IMG/VR virus record: IMGVR_UViG_3300023171_000018
Span: 1 to 49,211 of that record
Reading direction: 5' to 3' (one strand)
Origin: a virus
Lineage: Duplodnaviria > Caudoviricetes
DNA length: 49,211 bases
This document shows positions 15,087 through 25,463 of this stretch, piece after piece. A program made the position numbers and the translations under genes. The notes below the pieces were generated by a model. The model worked only from the letters and a program-made list of their open reading frames with translations. It did no database searches and was not told the DNA's origin. How positions within the stretch are numbered: the stretch's first letter is position 1; every line of letters starts with the position of its first letter.

Positions 15087-15626
15087 ATTTATCATAAACC
15101 AACAGATCCTAACGCCAATCCCAAGAAGCTTCCCGGTAAGAAATTGAAGGGAAAGATGGCGTTGTTTGTCGAAGAATATCTCGTCGACATGTCTCCCGTC
15201 AATGCCTTCAATCGAGCAGGATATAAGTCTCCTTCCCATAAAATCTCCTATATGCGAGCTACGGAAATGATGAGACATCCAGCTGTGAAGGCTGCGATTG
15301 ATGAACGAATGGTTGAACGAAGGGAACGTATGGAACTCTCAGTCGAATACGTCGTAAACAAACTCGTCAGCATCGTCGAAGAAAGTGACGAGAACCCTAC
15401 AGCCGCACTTCGTGGGCTGGAACTCCTCGGTCGCCACCTCGGAATGTACCGAGACAAACAAGAAATCAGCGGTCCTGACGGTTCTGCTATTCAGGTTCAG
15501 GAACAAAAGGTCCAAGCAGATGTCGCAGATTTCCGAAGCAGAATTGCTGGCCTCGCTACCCGAACAGGAACGGGAGACATTCTTAGCTTCCCTAAGCCCG
15601 GAAGCTCTGCAGAGTCTGAAGACTGA
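15087..15626 (+). CDS. terS: Terminase small subunit
   Basis: FVEEYLVD..A..RAGY and ALRGLELLGRHLGMY motifs; start is ATT 15087 (AAGGAG RBS) or ATG 15156. Confidence 0.85.
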   Translation: MYHKPTDPNANPKKLPGKKLKGKMALFVEEYLVDMSPVNAFNRAGYKSPSHKISYMRATEMMRHPAVKAAIDERMVERRERMELSVEYVVNKLVSIVEESDENPTAALRGLELLGRHLGMYRDKQEISGPDGSAIQVQEQKVQADVADFRSRIAGLATRTGTGDILSFPKPGSSAESED

Positions 15627-16947
15627 TTGGGGCTTTTGGTCCCGTCCTAACCAGCGACCACCGGAAGGTGACTGGAATACTTGGCTTGTCATGGCAGGGC
15701 GTGGCTTCGGTAAGACTCGGCTAGGCTCTGAGTGGATCAGGAAGATTGCTGAGGACAACCCCGGTTGTCGTATCGCGCTCCTCGCCGAGACCGCAGCAGA
15801 TGCGAGAGACGTCATGATCCTTGGAGACTCCGGTCTCATCGCTTGTGATCCTAACCTCACTCCTGATTCATGGTCTCCTACTAACAGGCGTCTCAGTTGG
15901 CCCAACGGCTCCACGGCTTGGTGCTACAACGCTACTGAACCTGACCAGCTCCGTGGCCCTCAGCATCACTTCGCTTGGGTCGATGAGCTTGCTAAGTTCA
16001 GGTACATTCAAGAGTCGTGGGACCAGCTCCAGTTCGGCCTCCGTCTTGGTCTCCACCCAAAAGTCCTCGTCACTACGACGCCTCAGCCTAAGAAGCTGAT
16101 CAAGCAACTCGTTGCTGACAAAGATACGGTGGTGACCCGTGGTTCAACGCTGGACAACAAAGCGAACCTCGCTAAGAACACGGTGAAGGCATTATACGAC
16201 CGCTACGGCCAGACTCGGCTGGGTCGTCAGGAGCTTGACGGTGAAATCCTCGGCGACATCCCCGGCGCTCTCTGGAACGCTACGATGATCGAAGAAAGCA
16301 GGATCCGAGAAGATGAACTCCCAGAGTTGGAGCGTATCATTGTCGCAGTTGATCCCGCCGCTAGCTCTAATGAAGGAAGCGATGAACACGGCATCTGTGT
16401 CGTTGGACTCGCTCGAAACGAAGATGGCTACGCTCAGGGATATGTCCTCGAAGATGCCTCATGCCGAGGCCGACCCGAGGAGTGGGCGAAGGTCGCAGTC
16501 CGTATGTATCGGAAGTGGCAAGCAGACAGGATCGTAGCCGAGAAGAATCAGGGTGGCGAGATGGTTGAGACGGTGATTAAGACCGCTGACCGATCAGTCC
16601 CAGTCAAGCTCGTCCACGCCTCACGAGGAAAGGTAGTCCGTGCAGAACCAATGTCCGCCCTTTACGAACAAGGTCGAATTCACCACGTCGGGCGTTTTGA
16701 TAAGCTCGAAGATCAGATGTGTTCCTTCTCTAGTGATGTCGTCCGGTCAGCTTCTGAAGGCTCCCCTGATAGGGTTGATGCCCTCGTCTGGGGGTTGACC
16801 GAACTCTTCGAGAAGATCGCTGGTCGCCGTCGTAAGCTCCCCACCACTGAAGGTCAACTGACTAAGTGGAAAGAAAAAGAAGACTGGCAGACACACGCTA
16901 CTGCCCCATCCGTCTCCTCTAATCCTCAGGGATGGATGAGCGCATAA
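15520..16947 (+). CDS. terL: Terminase large subunit
   Basis: AGRGFGKT Walker A, LRGPQ..WVDE Walker B, VTTTP, VAVDP and SPDRVDA; ATG 15520. Confidence 0.95.
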   Translation: MSQISEAELLASLPEQERETFLASLSPEALQSLKTDWGFWSRPNQRPPEGDWNTWLVMAGRGFGKTRLGSEWIRKIAEDNPGCRIALLAETAADARDVMILGDSGLIACDPNLTPDSWSPTNRRLSWPNGSTAWCYNATEPDQLRGPQHHFAWVDELAKFRYIQESWDQLQFGLRLGLHPKVLVTTTPQPKKLIKQLVADKDTVVTRGSTLDNKANLAKNTVKALYDRYGQTRLGRQELDGEILGDIPGALWNATMIEESRIREDELPELERIIVAVDPAASSNEGSDEHGICVVGLARNEDGYAQGYVLEDASCRGRPEEWAKVAVRMYRKWQADRIVAEKNQGGEMVETVIKTADRSVPVKLVHASRGKVVRAEPMSALYEQGRIHHVGRFDKLEDQMCSFSSDVVRSASEGSPDRVDALVWGLTELFEKIAGRRRKLPTTEGQLTKWKEKEDWQTHATAPSVSSNPQGWMSA

Positions 16948-16956
16948 AGGAATGAC

Positions 16957-19068
16957 ATGACGACTCCTGAACAGAAGAAGGATGGCACGCCGATTGATGT
17001 CATTCACATCGAGGGTCGTGTCGATAAAGACTATAAGCCTGAAGGGTTTGACTCCGAGGAAGACTTCCTCATTGAGATGCGGAAGCAGTATGCGGCTGAC
17101 GTCGAGTTCGATCGAGTTAATCGTGACGAAGCATTGGATGACAAACGGTTCGCTGCCGGTGAGCAGTGGGACCCTCAGGTCATCGAACAGCGCAAGGGTC
17201 TTCCCTGCCTCGTCATCAACTCCATTCCACAGTTCACTGCCCAGCTAGTCGGTGACTGGCGTCAGGGCCGGAAGGCTATCAAGGTCCTTCCTAACAACGA
17301 CGAGGACACTGATGTCGCATCTATCCGAGCCGATCTCATTCGATCCATTGAAGCTCAGTCAAGGGCAGATCGAGTGTACGATTCAGCCTTCGAATCCCTT
17401 GTACAGTGCGGTGATGGTGCTCTTCGAATTTCTGTTGAGTATGCAAGAGATGACGTCTTCGACCAAGACATCTTCATCCGGCCAATTGAGGACGCTCTCG
17501 CAGTTGTATGGGACAGGTTCGCCGTCGATCCCACCGGACGGGACGCTAAGCGAGTCTTCGTAGACGATCGTATTCCTAAGGACGAGTTCCAACGGAAGTG
17601 GCCTGATGCTACTCCTGACCAGCTCGACTCGGGTTTGACCGGCAACGCCTTCGGTGACATGAGGGCACAGGGCTGGATCGAAGACGACAGCTACCGTATC
17701 ACAGAGTATTGGCGTCTCATTGAACGTCAACGGCTGATGGGTATGTTCGGTGACGGCAAGATCTACGAAATCGATAACGAAAACCTCGAAACTCTCATCG
17801 AAGCTCACGGCCCTCCGGTTAAGACCCGGGTAGCTTGGGTCTCCTTTGCTCAGATGCATCTCGTCACTGGCTTCGCCATTCTCTCGGGACCATATGAGTA
17901 CAGGTTGAACCGTCTTCCTATCGTTCGTATGTCGGGTCGTGTAGTGAACATTTCAGGTCGTCGTATCCGCTACGGCCTCGTTCGCTTCATGAAAGACCCC
18001 GTCCGGTTGAAGAACTTCTGGCGCTCGATTGCTGCAGAGCAATTGGGTTACGCCCCGAAGGCACAGTGGATTGGTCCTGAGTCTGCATTTGAAGGACGTG
18101 AAGACGTTTTCCGCAAAGCTCACCTCTCCCGTGATCCGCTCCTCATCTACAACGACGGAGCAGAAGCACCACCTGAACGTGTCGATCCTCCTGCGCCACA
18201 GTCTGCTCTTCTCAACGAAGCTCAGGTCAACGCCCAGGACATGAAGGACGTCACAGGTATTCATGACGCCTCACTCGGTATCAAGTCCAATGAAACAAGT
18301 GGACGGGCTATCCAAGCAAGGCAGCGTGAAGGGGACGTCGCCTCTATTACCTTCTATGATAATGGCAATGCCACGGTCCTCGAAGCGGGAGACGTCATCA
18401 ACCAGCTCATCCCTCAGATCTATGACGGTACTCGCGTAGTCCGTGTCATAGGTGAGGATGAAACGGTGAAGTTCCAGAAGATCAACGATCCTATGGACCC
18501 CGGTGCAATCGATCTCTCAGTCGGTATGTTTGATGTCACGCTCAGCACTGGTACTAGTTATAGTACTCGTCGTGTCGAAGCGGCACAGTCGATGATGGAT
18601 GCCGTTCAGGTCTTCCCTCAGTTGATGACTGTCGCTGGTGACCTCATTGCTAAAGCTCAGGACTGGCCCGGTGCAGATAAGATCGCCGAGCGTATGGAGC
18701 AGCAGATGCAGCAGCAGATTGACCCTGCACAGCTCGCTCAGCTCCAGCAAGAATTCGCTAAGCTCCAACAGGAGAATGCGACGATGAAGGCTGATACTTC
18801 TCTCCAAGAGAAGAAGCTGGAAATCGACATCTATAACGCGGAAACTCAACGCATCAGGGCGCTGTCTGACAATGAAGTCGACGGCAACAAGATGGAGCAG
18901 GACGCGATTCAAGCTATCATTGACGCATCGACTAAGGTCGACGAACATGATCTCCGCAGGGAGGAATTGGAAGGGCGTCAAGCGATTGAGGAGAAGAAAT
19001 TGTCCTCTAAACCGACTCCGGGTAAAGCACAAAGCTCGGGTAGTAGTCGCAACAGTGCAGCCGGTTAA
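16957..19068 (+). CDS. Portal protein (P22 gp1-like)
   Basis: 703 aa after terL; GEQWD, LVIN, GLVRFMKDP, DASLG..SNETSGRAI; C-terminal coiled coil. Confidence 0.9.
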   Translation: MTTPEQKKDGTPIDVIHIEGRVDKDYKPEGFDSEEDFLIEMRKQYAADVEFDRVNRDEALDDKRFAAGEQWDPQVIEQRKGLPCLVINSIPQFTAQLVGDWRQGRKAIKVLPNNDEDTDVASIRADLIRSIEAQSRADRVYDSAFESLVQCGDGALRISVEYARDDVFDQDIFIRPIEDALAVVWDRFAVDPTGRDAKRVFVDDRIPKDEFQRKWPDATPDQLDSGLTGNAFGDMRAQGWIEDDSYRITEYWRLIERQRLMGMFGDGKIYEIDNENLETLIEAHGPPVKTRVAWVSFAQMHLVTGFAILSGPYEYRLNRLPIVRMSGRVVNISGRRIRYGLVRFMKDPVRLKNFWRSIAAEQLGYAPKAQWIGPESAFEGREDVFRKAHLSRDPLLIYNDGAEAPPERVDPPAPQSALLNEAQVNAQDMKDVTGIHDASLGIKSNETSGRAIQARQREGDVASITFYDNGNATVLEAGDVINQLIPQIYDGTRVVRVIGEDETVKFQKINDPMDPGAIDLSVGMFDVTLSTGTSYSTRRVEAAQSMMDAVQVFPQLMTVAGDLIAKAQDWPGADKIAERMEQQMQQQIDPAQLAQLQQEFAKLQQENATMKADTSLQEKKLEIDIYNAETQRIRALSDNEVDGNKMEQDAIQAIIDASTKVDEHDLRREELEGRQAIEEKKLSSKPTPGKAQSSGSSRNSAAG

Positions 19069-19082
19069 GGACCGTATTCCTA

Positions 19083-20105
19083 ATGAGTGATGACAACACC
19101 CCCCAGAACGACGTCTCCACTGAAAGCCAGTTGGATTTCGACGATCTCGATGCCTTTAGTTCTTCGTTCTTTGGCGAGAACAAGACTGCTGACGAGCCCG
19201 CCAAGGCCGCCGCTGAGGAAGAGATTGAAGAAGCCGTTGACGACGAAACCGTCGATGTCGAAGAAGGAGAAGATGTTACTGAATCGGATGATGACGCCGA
19301 TCAGGACGACGAAGACTCGGACGACGAGGAAGAGAAGCCTCAGAAGCCTGAGAAGAAACAGAGTCGTTTCCAAGAGCGCATCAATGAGCTGACGGAGGCC
19401 CGTCGACAGGCAGAGCGGCGTGAAGCTGATCTCCTCGATCGACTCAAGGCACTGGAAGCTCAGAAGGAAGGAAGCACCCCAGCCCCCTCCAAGACTGTCT
19501 CAACGAATGAGGCACCTACTCCTGCTGACACCAATGAAGACGGGACGGATAAGTACCCACTGGGTGAGTTCGATCCCAACTTCATTCGTGATCTTACTAA
19601 GCATACGATCAAGGAAGCACAGGCAGAAGCTGACGCCGAACGGCAGAAGACTGACAGCCAGCGTGAAGCTGAGAAGAATGCTCAGAAGATCCAGGGTGAG
19701 TGGCAGGAAAAGCAAGGTCCCGCACGGGAGCGTTATCCCGATTACGCAGAGAAGGTTGCATCACTTGAAGATGTCTTCTCTGGTATTGACCAGAGCTTTG
19801 GTGACTATTTGGCACAAACGGTGATGGAGATGGACAAGGGCGCTGATGTCCTTTACTATCTCGCCAATAACCCGGACGAGGCTAAGTCAATCGTAGAGAG
19901 TGGTGGTGTCAAGGCCGTCATTCGTCTCGGACGACTAGAGTCCCGTTTCTTAGAGCGAGAGACCCCACCCACACCTAAGCCGAAGGTATCAAGCGCACCT
20001 ACTCCTCCTCCTCAGAACAAAGGTTCTGCTGGCGGTAGACGAAGTGTCGCCCCCGATACTGACGACTTAGATGCTTTCGCAGCTCAATTCTTTAAGCGAA
20101 AGTAA
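19083..20105 (+). CDS. Capsid scaffolding protein
   Basis: Acidic, coiled-coil (RFQERINELT), YYLA.NP motif; between portal and capsid genes. Confidence 0.8.
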   Translation: MSDDNTPQNDVSTESQLDFDDLDAFSSSFFGENKTADEPAKAAAEEEIEEAVDDETVDVEEGEDVTESDDDADQDDEDSDDEEEKPQKPEKKQSRFQERINELTEARRQAERREADLLDRLKALEAQKEGSTPAPSKTVSTNEAPTPADTNEDGTDKYPLGEFDPNFIRDLTKHTIKEAQAEADAERQKTDSQREAEKNAQKIQGEWQEKQGPARERYPDYAEKVASLEDVFSGIDQSFGDYLAQTVMEMDKGADVLYYLANNPDEAKSIVESGGVKAVIRLGRLESRFLERETPPTPKPKVSSAPTPPPQNKGSAGGRRSVAPDTDDLDAFAAQFFKRK

Positions 20106-20120
20106 TTTAGGAAACCTTAA

Positions 20121-21410
20121 ATGGCTGTTACTGTTGATCAGGCAAAACTCGTACTTAATTCGTTTGCCGCTATTTTCCAAAATAACCTCGTCTCGAAGGA
20201 TCTCGTGACTTGGAAGAAGTTCGATTCCGAAATGAACGATCGAAACGGTCTCACCGTTGTCGAGCAGGTCGGTCCGCGCTTTAACGTCACCCGCACTACC
20301 TCCGGTGTACAGGACCTCAGCGCTGGCGTCCAAGACATGGTCTTTGGTTCGGAGCAGTACAAGCTTCAGGACACTTTCGGTAGCTCGATGGGCTACGGCG
20401 ACTTCGTCAAGATCCGTGATCTCGGCGACGCTCGTAATTCGGAAGCTCTGAAGAACGCTGCACTGAACCTCAGTGAGAAGATCGATGCCTACATCCTTGG
20501 TTATGCTGCACTCGCCTCCAATAACTGGACGGGTACTGCTGGTCAGTCGATTGCCAACTTCAATGACTTCGCCTCGGGTTATACTCGACTGAAGGAAGAG
20601 GGTATTCAGGATGTCGACGTCCGAGCAGTTCTCACTTACGGTGATTGGCAGGCTCTGGGTAACCAGATCACGCTGAACAACGCCTCTCTCACCGACCTCG
20701 GTGAAGGAACGTACCGTAATGGCTTCACTGGTCAGGTCGCCGGTATTCCGACGATGTTCACCCAGCAGCTCCCGACGCTCACCTCCGGCACTCGTACGAA
20801 TGGTACCGTTGCTGCTAACCAGAACGTGAACTACAAGGCTGTTGCGATCTCCCCGGCCCCGGGTCAGTATCTCAGCCAGCTTCTGAACGTCACCGGCCTT
20901 GGTGCTGCGGGTACGATCAAGGATGGTGAAACCTTTACCATCGCTGGTGTCTTCGCTTATGACAACCGTCTCGGTGCTTCGCTTGCACGTCTTCAGGAGT
21001 TCCGAGTCATCGGTGACTACACTGCAGATGGTGCTGGTGCTGCTTCGATCCGCGTCTTCCCGGCACTGATCGTCCCCGGTGCAGGTATCACGGGTGATGC
21101 TGCGGTCAACGCCGCTCATGCCACGGTTACTGCAGCCCCTGCAGGTGCCCTGACTTGGAAGGTTCCGGCTAACACTTCGGTGAAGCCGCGACTGCTCATG
21201 AACAAGGCTGCGGTCGTCATTGCTACGGCAGACCTCATCACTCCGGCAACCGGTACGAGCCAGCGCAAGAGTCTGACTCAGATCCCGCTGTCGGTTCGTA
21301 TGTGGACTGACTCGGTCTTCGCTACCGGCGAGCATCGTATCCGCTTTGACGTCGCACTGTCGGCTAACATCGTCGACCGTCGTCGCATCGCTCGTATCAA
21401 CGGCTCGTAA
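20121..21410 (+). CDS. Major capsid protein (P22 gp5-like with insertion domain)
   Basis: 429 aa; GTIKDGETFTIAGV I-domain-like segment and RIRFDV C-terminus; strong codon bias; followed by a terminator. Confidence 0.9.
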   Translation: MAVTVDQAKLVLNSFAAIFQNNLVSKDLVTWKKFDSEMNDRNGLTVVEQVGPRFNVTRTTSGVQDLSAGVQDMVFGSEQYKLQDTFGSSMGYGDFVKIRDLGDARNSEALKNAALNLSEKIDAYILGYAALASNNWTGTAGQSIANFNDFASGYTRLKEEGIQDVDVRAVLTYGDWQALGNQITLNNASLTDLGEGTYRNGFTGQVAGIPTMFTQQLPTLTSGTRTNGTVAANQNVNYKAVAISPAPGQYLSQLLNVTGLGAAGTIKDGETFTIAGVFAYDNRLGASLARLQEFRVIGDYTADGAGAASIRVFPALIVPGAGITGDAAVNAAHATVTAAPAGALTWKVPANTSVKPRLLMNKAAVVIATADLITPATGTSQRKSLTQIPLSVRMWTDSVFATGEHRIRFDVALSANIVDRRRIARINGS

Positions 21411-21417
21411 TCTACCG

Positions 21418-21451
21418 ACCGGGGAGGTCCTAGGGCTTCCCCGGTTTTTTA
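21418..21451 (+). terminator. Rho-independent terminator after the capsid gene
   Basis: ACCGGGGAGG...CTTCCCCGGT followed by a T tract. Confidence 0.9.
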
Positions 21452-21464
21452 TTAAGGAATAAAG

Positions 21465-22274
21465 ATGGCAGTTAATCCAAATACTCCAGTCTACGCCGAT
21501 CTCCAACCAGATGCCGCAGCTGCTGTCGTTGATGTAGATATCAAGTCGGCTACGTTTGACGGAGGTCGGACTACGGCTAAAGCACGAGTCGTCTATGTCG
21601 CTAATGGCGGAACAGGTGGCGGTGGTGCAGTCTATGGCCCAGATGCATCCGGTACGCCTGCGACTATGTCTCCTGTTCTTGTAGCAGGTTATGATGGCAC
21701 CAATACCCGATCAATTTCTGTCGGAACCTCCGGCGCCGTTCGTATTGGTATCAATGGCACTACGTCATGGACAGGAGGTACTGCCGCTGATGGCGTTGCC
21801 GCCGCCGCTGGTATGTACGTTAACAGTACACCAGTACTTTTTAATGGTACCAATACTGATCGCCAGCGTACTGCTGCAGCCTCTGATAAAACTACTGGCG
21901 TAGGACTTGCAGGCTCAGGTATTCTTGGTCAGTACTTGACGACTCTTCCGACCTATACGACTGGTCAGTTCGGTACGCTGGCGATGTCCGCTGATGGTAT
22001 CCTCTGGACTGTTCATCGTGGTGGCCAGACGATTGCTACTGGTCAGGCTGCTGTCGGTACAACTTCGACCCTCGTAGTTGCTGCCCGTAGTGGTCGACAG
22101 AAGGTTACGCTGACTCCGACGACTTCGACCGTGTATTACATCGGTGCCACTGGTGTCACTGCATCCACTGGGCTTTACGTCGCTGCCGGTGCTGCTATCA
22201 CCCTAGACACTGCTGCTGCAGTTTACGCCGTAGGTTCTGCTGCACTCACTGTTTCGTATATCGAATACTACTAA
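21465..22274 (+). CDS. Virion accessory / head decoration or fibre protein
   Basis: G/A/T-rich beta-type composition in the structural operon. Confidence 0.65.
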   Translation: MAVNPNTPVYADLQPDAAAAVVDVDIKSATFDGGRTTAKARVVYVANGGTGGGGAVYGPDASGTPATMSPVLVAGYDGTNTRSISVGTSGAVRIGINGTTSWTGGTAADGVAAAAGMYVNSTPVLFNGTNTDRQRTAAASDKTTGVGLAGSGILGQYLTTLPTYTTGQFGTLAMSADGILWTVHRGGQTIATGQAAVGTTSTLVVAARSGRQKVTLTPTTSTVYYIGATGVTASTGLYVAAGAAITLDTAAAVYAVGSAALTVSYIEYY

Positions 22275-22573
22275 TGGGTGATATCTCCTTTTCCCCAGCT
22301 ATGGCTGTACCTCTGGGAGATGTAACTGCTGCGTATCAAGCAGGTGTCGTGCTTGCTGCAGGAAATAGACAGCTATCTATCCCGCTGTCGTCGGTCAAGG
22401 CAGGAGACGTCCTCTCGGCTCGTCCTATCGGAGCAGTACCAGACGGATATGATATCGGTGCAGCTTATTGTGCCACAGACGGTACCCTTGTCGTTATCAT
22501 AAGTCATCCGCCGCTGTCTCTTCTCCAAACCTTTTCCGTCCCTCTTCGTATCTTTCGTATAACTTCTCAGTAA
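22274..22573 (+). CDS. Hypothetical structural protein
   Basis: 99 aa, TAATG coupling. Confidence 0.65.
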   Translation: MGDISFSPAMAVPLGDVTAAYQAGVVLAAGNRQLSIPLSSVKAGDVLSARPIGAVPDGYDIGAAYCATDGTLVVIISHPPLSLLQTFSVPLRIFRITSQ

Positions 22574-22581
22574 GGAATGAC

Positions 22582-23352
22582 ATGCCTCAAGTCAATAACA
22601 ACTCAGTCATTATAGATCGAGAATACGGCAAGGGCATGTCTCCCTCTGACTTCTTCCCGAGCGGTAGTATCAGGAGTCTGAACATTCCTATCACCGCCGT
22701 CTGGGATGCAGAAGAGATGGCAGCAGGGGACGTCTCGAATGGATCAGTTCTTGCATGGACTGATCTCATCAGCGGCTATAGACCAAGTCAGAGTACTGTC
22801 TCAGCCCAGCCCGCTTACTCTCCCACAGGATTTAATGGGCGACCTGCTGTCCTCTTCGATGGCGTCGGAGACTATCTCGGTCTAGAAACTGTCCCGTTTT
22901 ATTCTGGTACCGGCCAGCAGTTTGAAGTCTGGCTCCTTGCCGGACAGACTAGGATCGCTACTGATATCGCTGTCGTCCGTGCCTTCTCTTTCGGTGGTGG
23001 TACGGGTGCTACAGCATTCCGTGTCGGCTCTGTCAACGTCGGAGGTAATAAGCGTGTCGCTGATGCCCGTGTCGTACAGGACGCAGCTACTGACTACCTC
23101 GGTAACAATCTCGTCAGAACTGTTACGACGGCAACTACAGTTGCTATGACAGTCGGTACTGGGGCTACTACCACGGCTACTACAGCAACGAGTATTGGTA
23201 CGTCTCGGCTTCGCATCGGTGGCTCTGATAACGTCGTCGCTGATAGTCCGTGGCAGGGTCCGATCTCTGCTATCGTAGTCACTCCGTTGCTTACATCGGC
23301 ACAGGCAGCTCTACTGTCACAGTATCTTCGGTCACGTGGTGGACTGCCGTAA
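22582..23352 (+). CDS. Virion protein with possible LamG/concanavalin-like lectin fold
   Basis: W.D..SG, FNGRPAVLFDGVGDYL, LRIGG..WQGPI; ATG 22582 after AAGGA. Confidence 0.65.
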   Translation: MPQVNNNSVIIDREYGKGMSPSDFFPSGSIRSLNIPITAVWDAEEMAAGDVSNGSVLAWTDLISGYRPSQSTVSAQPAYSPTGFNGRPAVLFDGVGDYLGLETVPFYSGTGQQFEVWLLAGQTRIATDIAVVRAFSFGGGTGATAFRVGSVNVGGNKRVADARVVQDAATDYLGNNLVRTVTTATTVAMTVGTGATTTATTATSIGTSRLRIGGSDNVVADSPWQGPISAIVVTPLLTSAQAALLSQYLRSRGGLP

Positions 23353-23367
23353 CATTTAAGGAATAAG

Positions 23368-24072
23368 ATGGCTACTCTTGTAAGTGATATCATCCGAGAC
23401 GCATACCGCGAGAGTAACCTCATCTCCATCGGTACCGAGCCAAGCGGGGCGCAGAGGGATGAAGGTATCCGGTTCATCAACCGACTCATCCCAAGTGTCC
23501 TAGGGTATGAAGGAGGTGAGAACCTCTCTTCTATCTATGACATCGACTCAGACAGTTATGACTACCGGTGGTATCGCAGTGTACTCAGTAATGGTCGTAT
23601 CGTGATCGGACCTGATACGGTGAGAGACATCACACTCCCCGACTCTTTGACGGATGGCAGTAGATTTGCTGTCATCGACCCACTAAACCTCCTCCCTGCT
23701 AAACCTCTCACTCTTCGTGGTGGTAGGAATACGGTAGGAGGTGCTGTCACTTTATCTGTAACGGATGACATCCAGTTCCTCTACCGAGCCGATCTCGGTA
23801 ATTGGCAGAAGGTTACTCCTGTCGTTGAAACTGATGTCTGGCCCTTCCCGGCTGAGTTCGATGACATGTTCATCATCACTCTTGCCTTCCGATTGAACCC
23901 CAGGTATAACATCGCGAGTCAGTCTGAATCATTGATGATGCTGAAACGAAGCGAGGGGCAGTTCCGGAGTCGGTATCGTCAGAGCCGAGAGATGCCGAGT
24001 GACCTTGGCCTCCTGAACCTCCGTAATGCTCCGACTTATAACTTCAATAACTTTGATAGAGGAAGCTGGTAA
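23368..24072 (+). CDS. Head-tail adaptor (P22 gp4-like)
   Basis: DIIRDAYRE N-terminus and LAFRLNPRY; position before the gp10-like gene. Confidence 0.7.
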   Translation: MATLVSDIIRDAYRESNLISIGTEPSGAQRDEGIRFINRLIPSVLGYEGGENLSSIYDIDSDSYDYRWYRSVLSNGRIVIGPDTVRDITLPDSLTDGSRFAVIDPLNLLPAKPLTLRGGRNTVGGAVTLSVTDDIQFLYRADLGNWQKVTPVVETDVWPFPAEFDDMFIITLAFRLNPRYNIASQSESLMMLKRSEGQFRSRYRQSREMPSDLGLLNLRNAPTYNFNNFDRGSW

Positions 24073-25463
24073 TGGTAACGATCCCGTTGGGAACGCTTGA
24101 TTGGGAAAGCCCCAGTGAGAACGTCCCTCGGGTTCGTCTCCACAATATGTATCTCAGTGAGAACGTCACTTCTCCAGATGGAGTCTCTCGTGTCTCTCGT
24201 CCGACCTTGAAGCGAGTCACTAGTTTCGGCTCTGGCCCTATCTCTTCGATGTGGCGTCAGGATGGTTGTTTTAATGGTGACTGGTTCGTCGTCTCAGGTA
24301 CTGAACTCTATCGTGTCAATCGAGTTACGAAGGTAGAGACTAAGATCGCTAACCTTCCGGGGACTGAGCGAGCTAAGTTTGCTGGTACTAGTGACCGAGT
24401 CATTATCATCAGGAACGGTGTCGCTTACTCCTATACTCCGTCTTTCACGGTCATCGCCTTTCCTGACGATATCCCGGGAGCACCCCCGGTGCCGTTGATT
24501 CAGGGTGTCGTTGTCATCAATGGCATCTTCATTCTTACAGTAAAGAATACTCAGCGGTTCTACTGGCTCAATCCAGGTGACGTCGATCCCGATCCTCTGA
24601 ACTTTGCTTCAGCTGAACGCCGACCAGATGACATTGAAGCCGTAGCAATTAACGGTGATGAAATCTGGTTCATTGGCCCTCAGGGTCCTGAAGTCTGGTC
24701 CCCTGCTAATGATCCTGATCTTCCATTCCAACGTATCAACGGTCGAGTCTACAGCGACGGGAACAGTAATGTCGATACCGTAGTCTCCTGTGTCTTCAAT
24801 AACCTACCCTGTCTCCTATGGACTACCCCTGAAGGGGCTGTCGTCATCGCTCAGGGCTCGGTTAAGAAGATCAGTAACGAAGCCATTGAGGAGTTCCTGA
24901 AGACTGCGACTAATACTCGGGCGTGGTCATTTCGTATGAACCGTCACGACTTCTATATCCTCTCCAGTGATCAAGGGACTTTCGCCTTTGATCTCGGTCG
25001 TGGTGAATGGAGTCGGTGGGATACTTACGGAAAGGAATATTGGATCGCTCATATCGGTATCCAAGACGGTATCTTCGTATACGCCGGTAGTGATGCAGAC
25101 AGTCGTATCTTCGTCCTTGAAGAAGGGTTTGATGATGACGGTCTCCCTGTAGTACGTGAAGTCTCAGGGTTGGTTGCTAATCCCGGTAAGCCTACTCAGT
25201 GTGCTTCCGTCTCCGTCCGAGTAAACGCCGGTTGGAGCGACAGCTATGATCAAGAGCCTCAGCTCGAACTTCGATGGAGTGACGACCAAGCAGCGACATG
25301 GAGTGACTACGTCTTCATCGGCCTCGGTACTAAAGGCAATTACACGGCAGATACGATCTTCCGTAGTCTTGGTCTTATCCCTCGTCCGGGACGTGTTTTC
25401 GAGTTCAGGTTTGCTGGTCGCAGCAGGTTTCGTCTTGACTACGCAACTATGAACGAGGCATAA
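24072..25463 (+). CDS. Tail hub / packaged-DNA stabilization protein (P22 gp10-like)
   Basis: 463 aa; FASAERRPD, LRWSDD...W and GNY....FRSLG..RVFEFR motifs. Confidence 0.8.
   Translation: MVTIPLGTLDWESPSENVPRVRLHNMYLSENVTSPDGVSRVSRPTLKRVTSFGSGPISSMWRQDGCFNGDWFVVSGTELYRVNRVTKVETKIANLPGTERAKFAGTSDRVIIIRNGVAYSYTPSFTVIAFPDDIPGAPPVPLIQGVVVINGIFILTVKNTQRFYWLNPGDVDPDPLNFASAERRPDDIEAVAINGDEIWFIGPQGPEVWSPANDPDLPFQRINGRVYSDGNSNVDTVVSCVFNNLPCLLWTTPEGAVVIAQGSVKKISNEAIEEFLKTATNTRAWSFRMNRHDFYILSSDQGTFAFDLGRGEWSRWDTYGKEYWIAHIGIQDGIFVYAGSDADSRIFVLEEGFDDDGLPVVREVSGLVANPGKPTQCASVSVRVNAGWSDSYDQEPQLELRWSDDQAATWSDYVFIGLGTKGNYTADTIFRSLGLIPRPGRVFEFRFAGRSRFRLDYATMNEA

Noticed and set aside
20067-21506. Long antisense ORFs (479 aa here; also 30805-31887, 7235-8083, 6074-6850, 3213-3971)
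   Set aside because: Shadow frames of strongly codon-biased genes, with no RBS or recognisable motifs.
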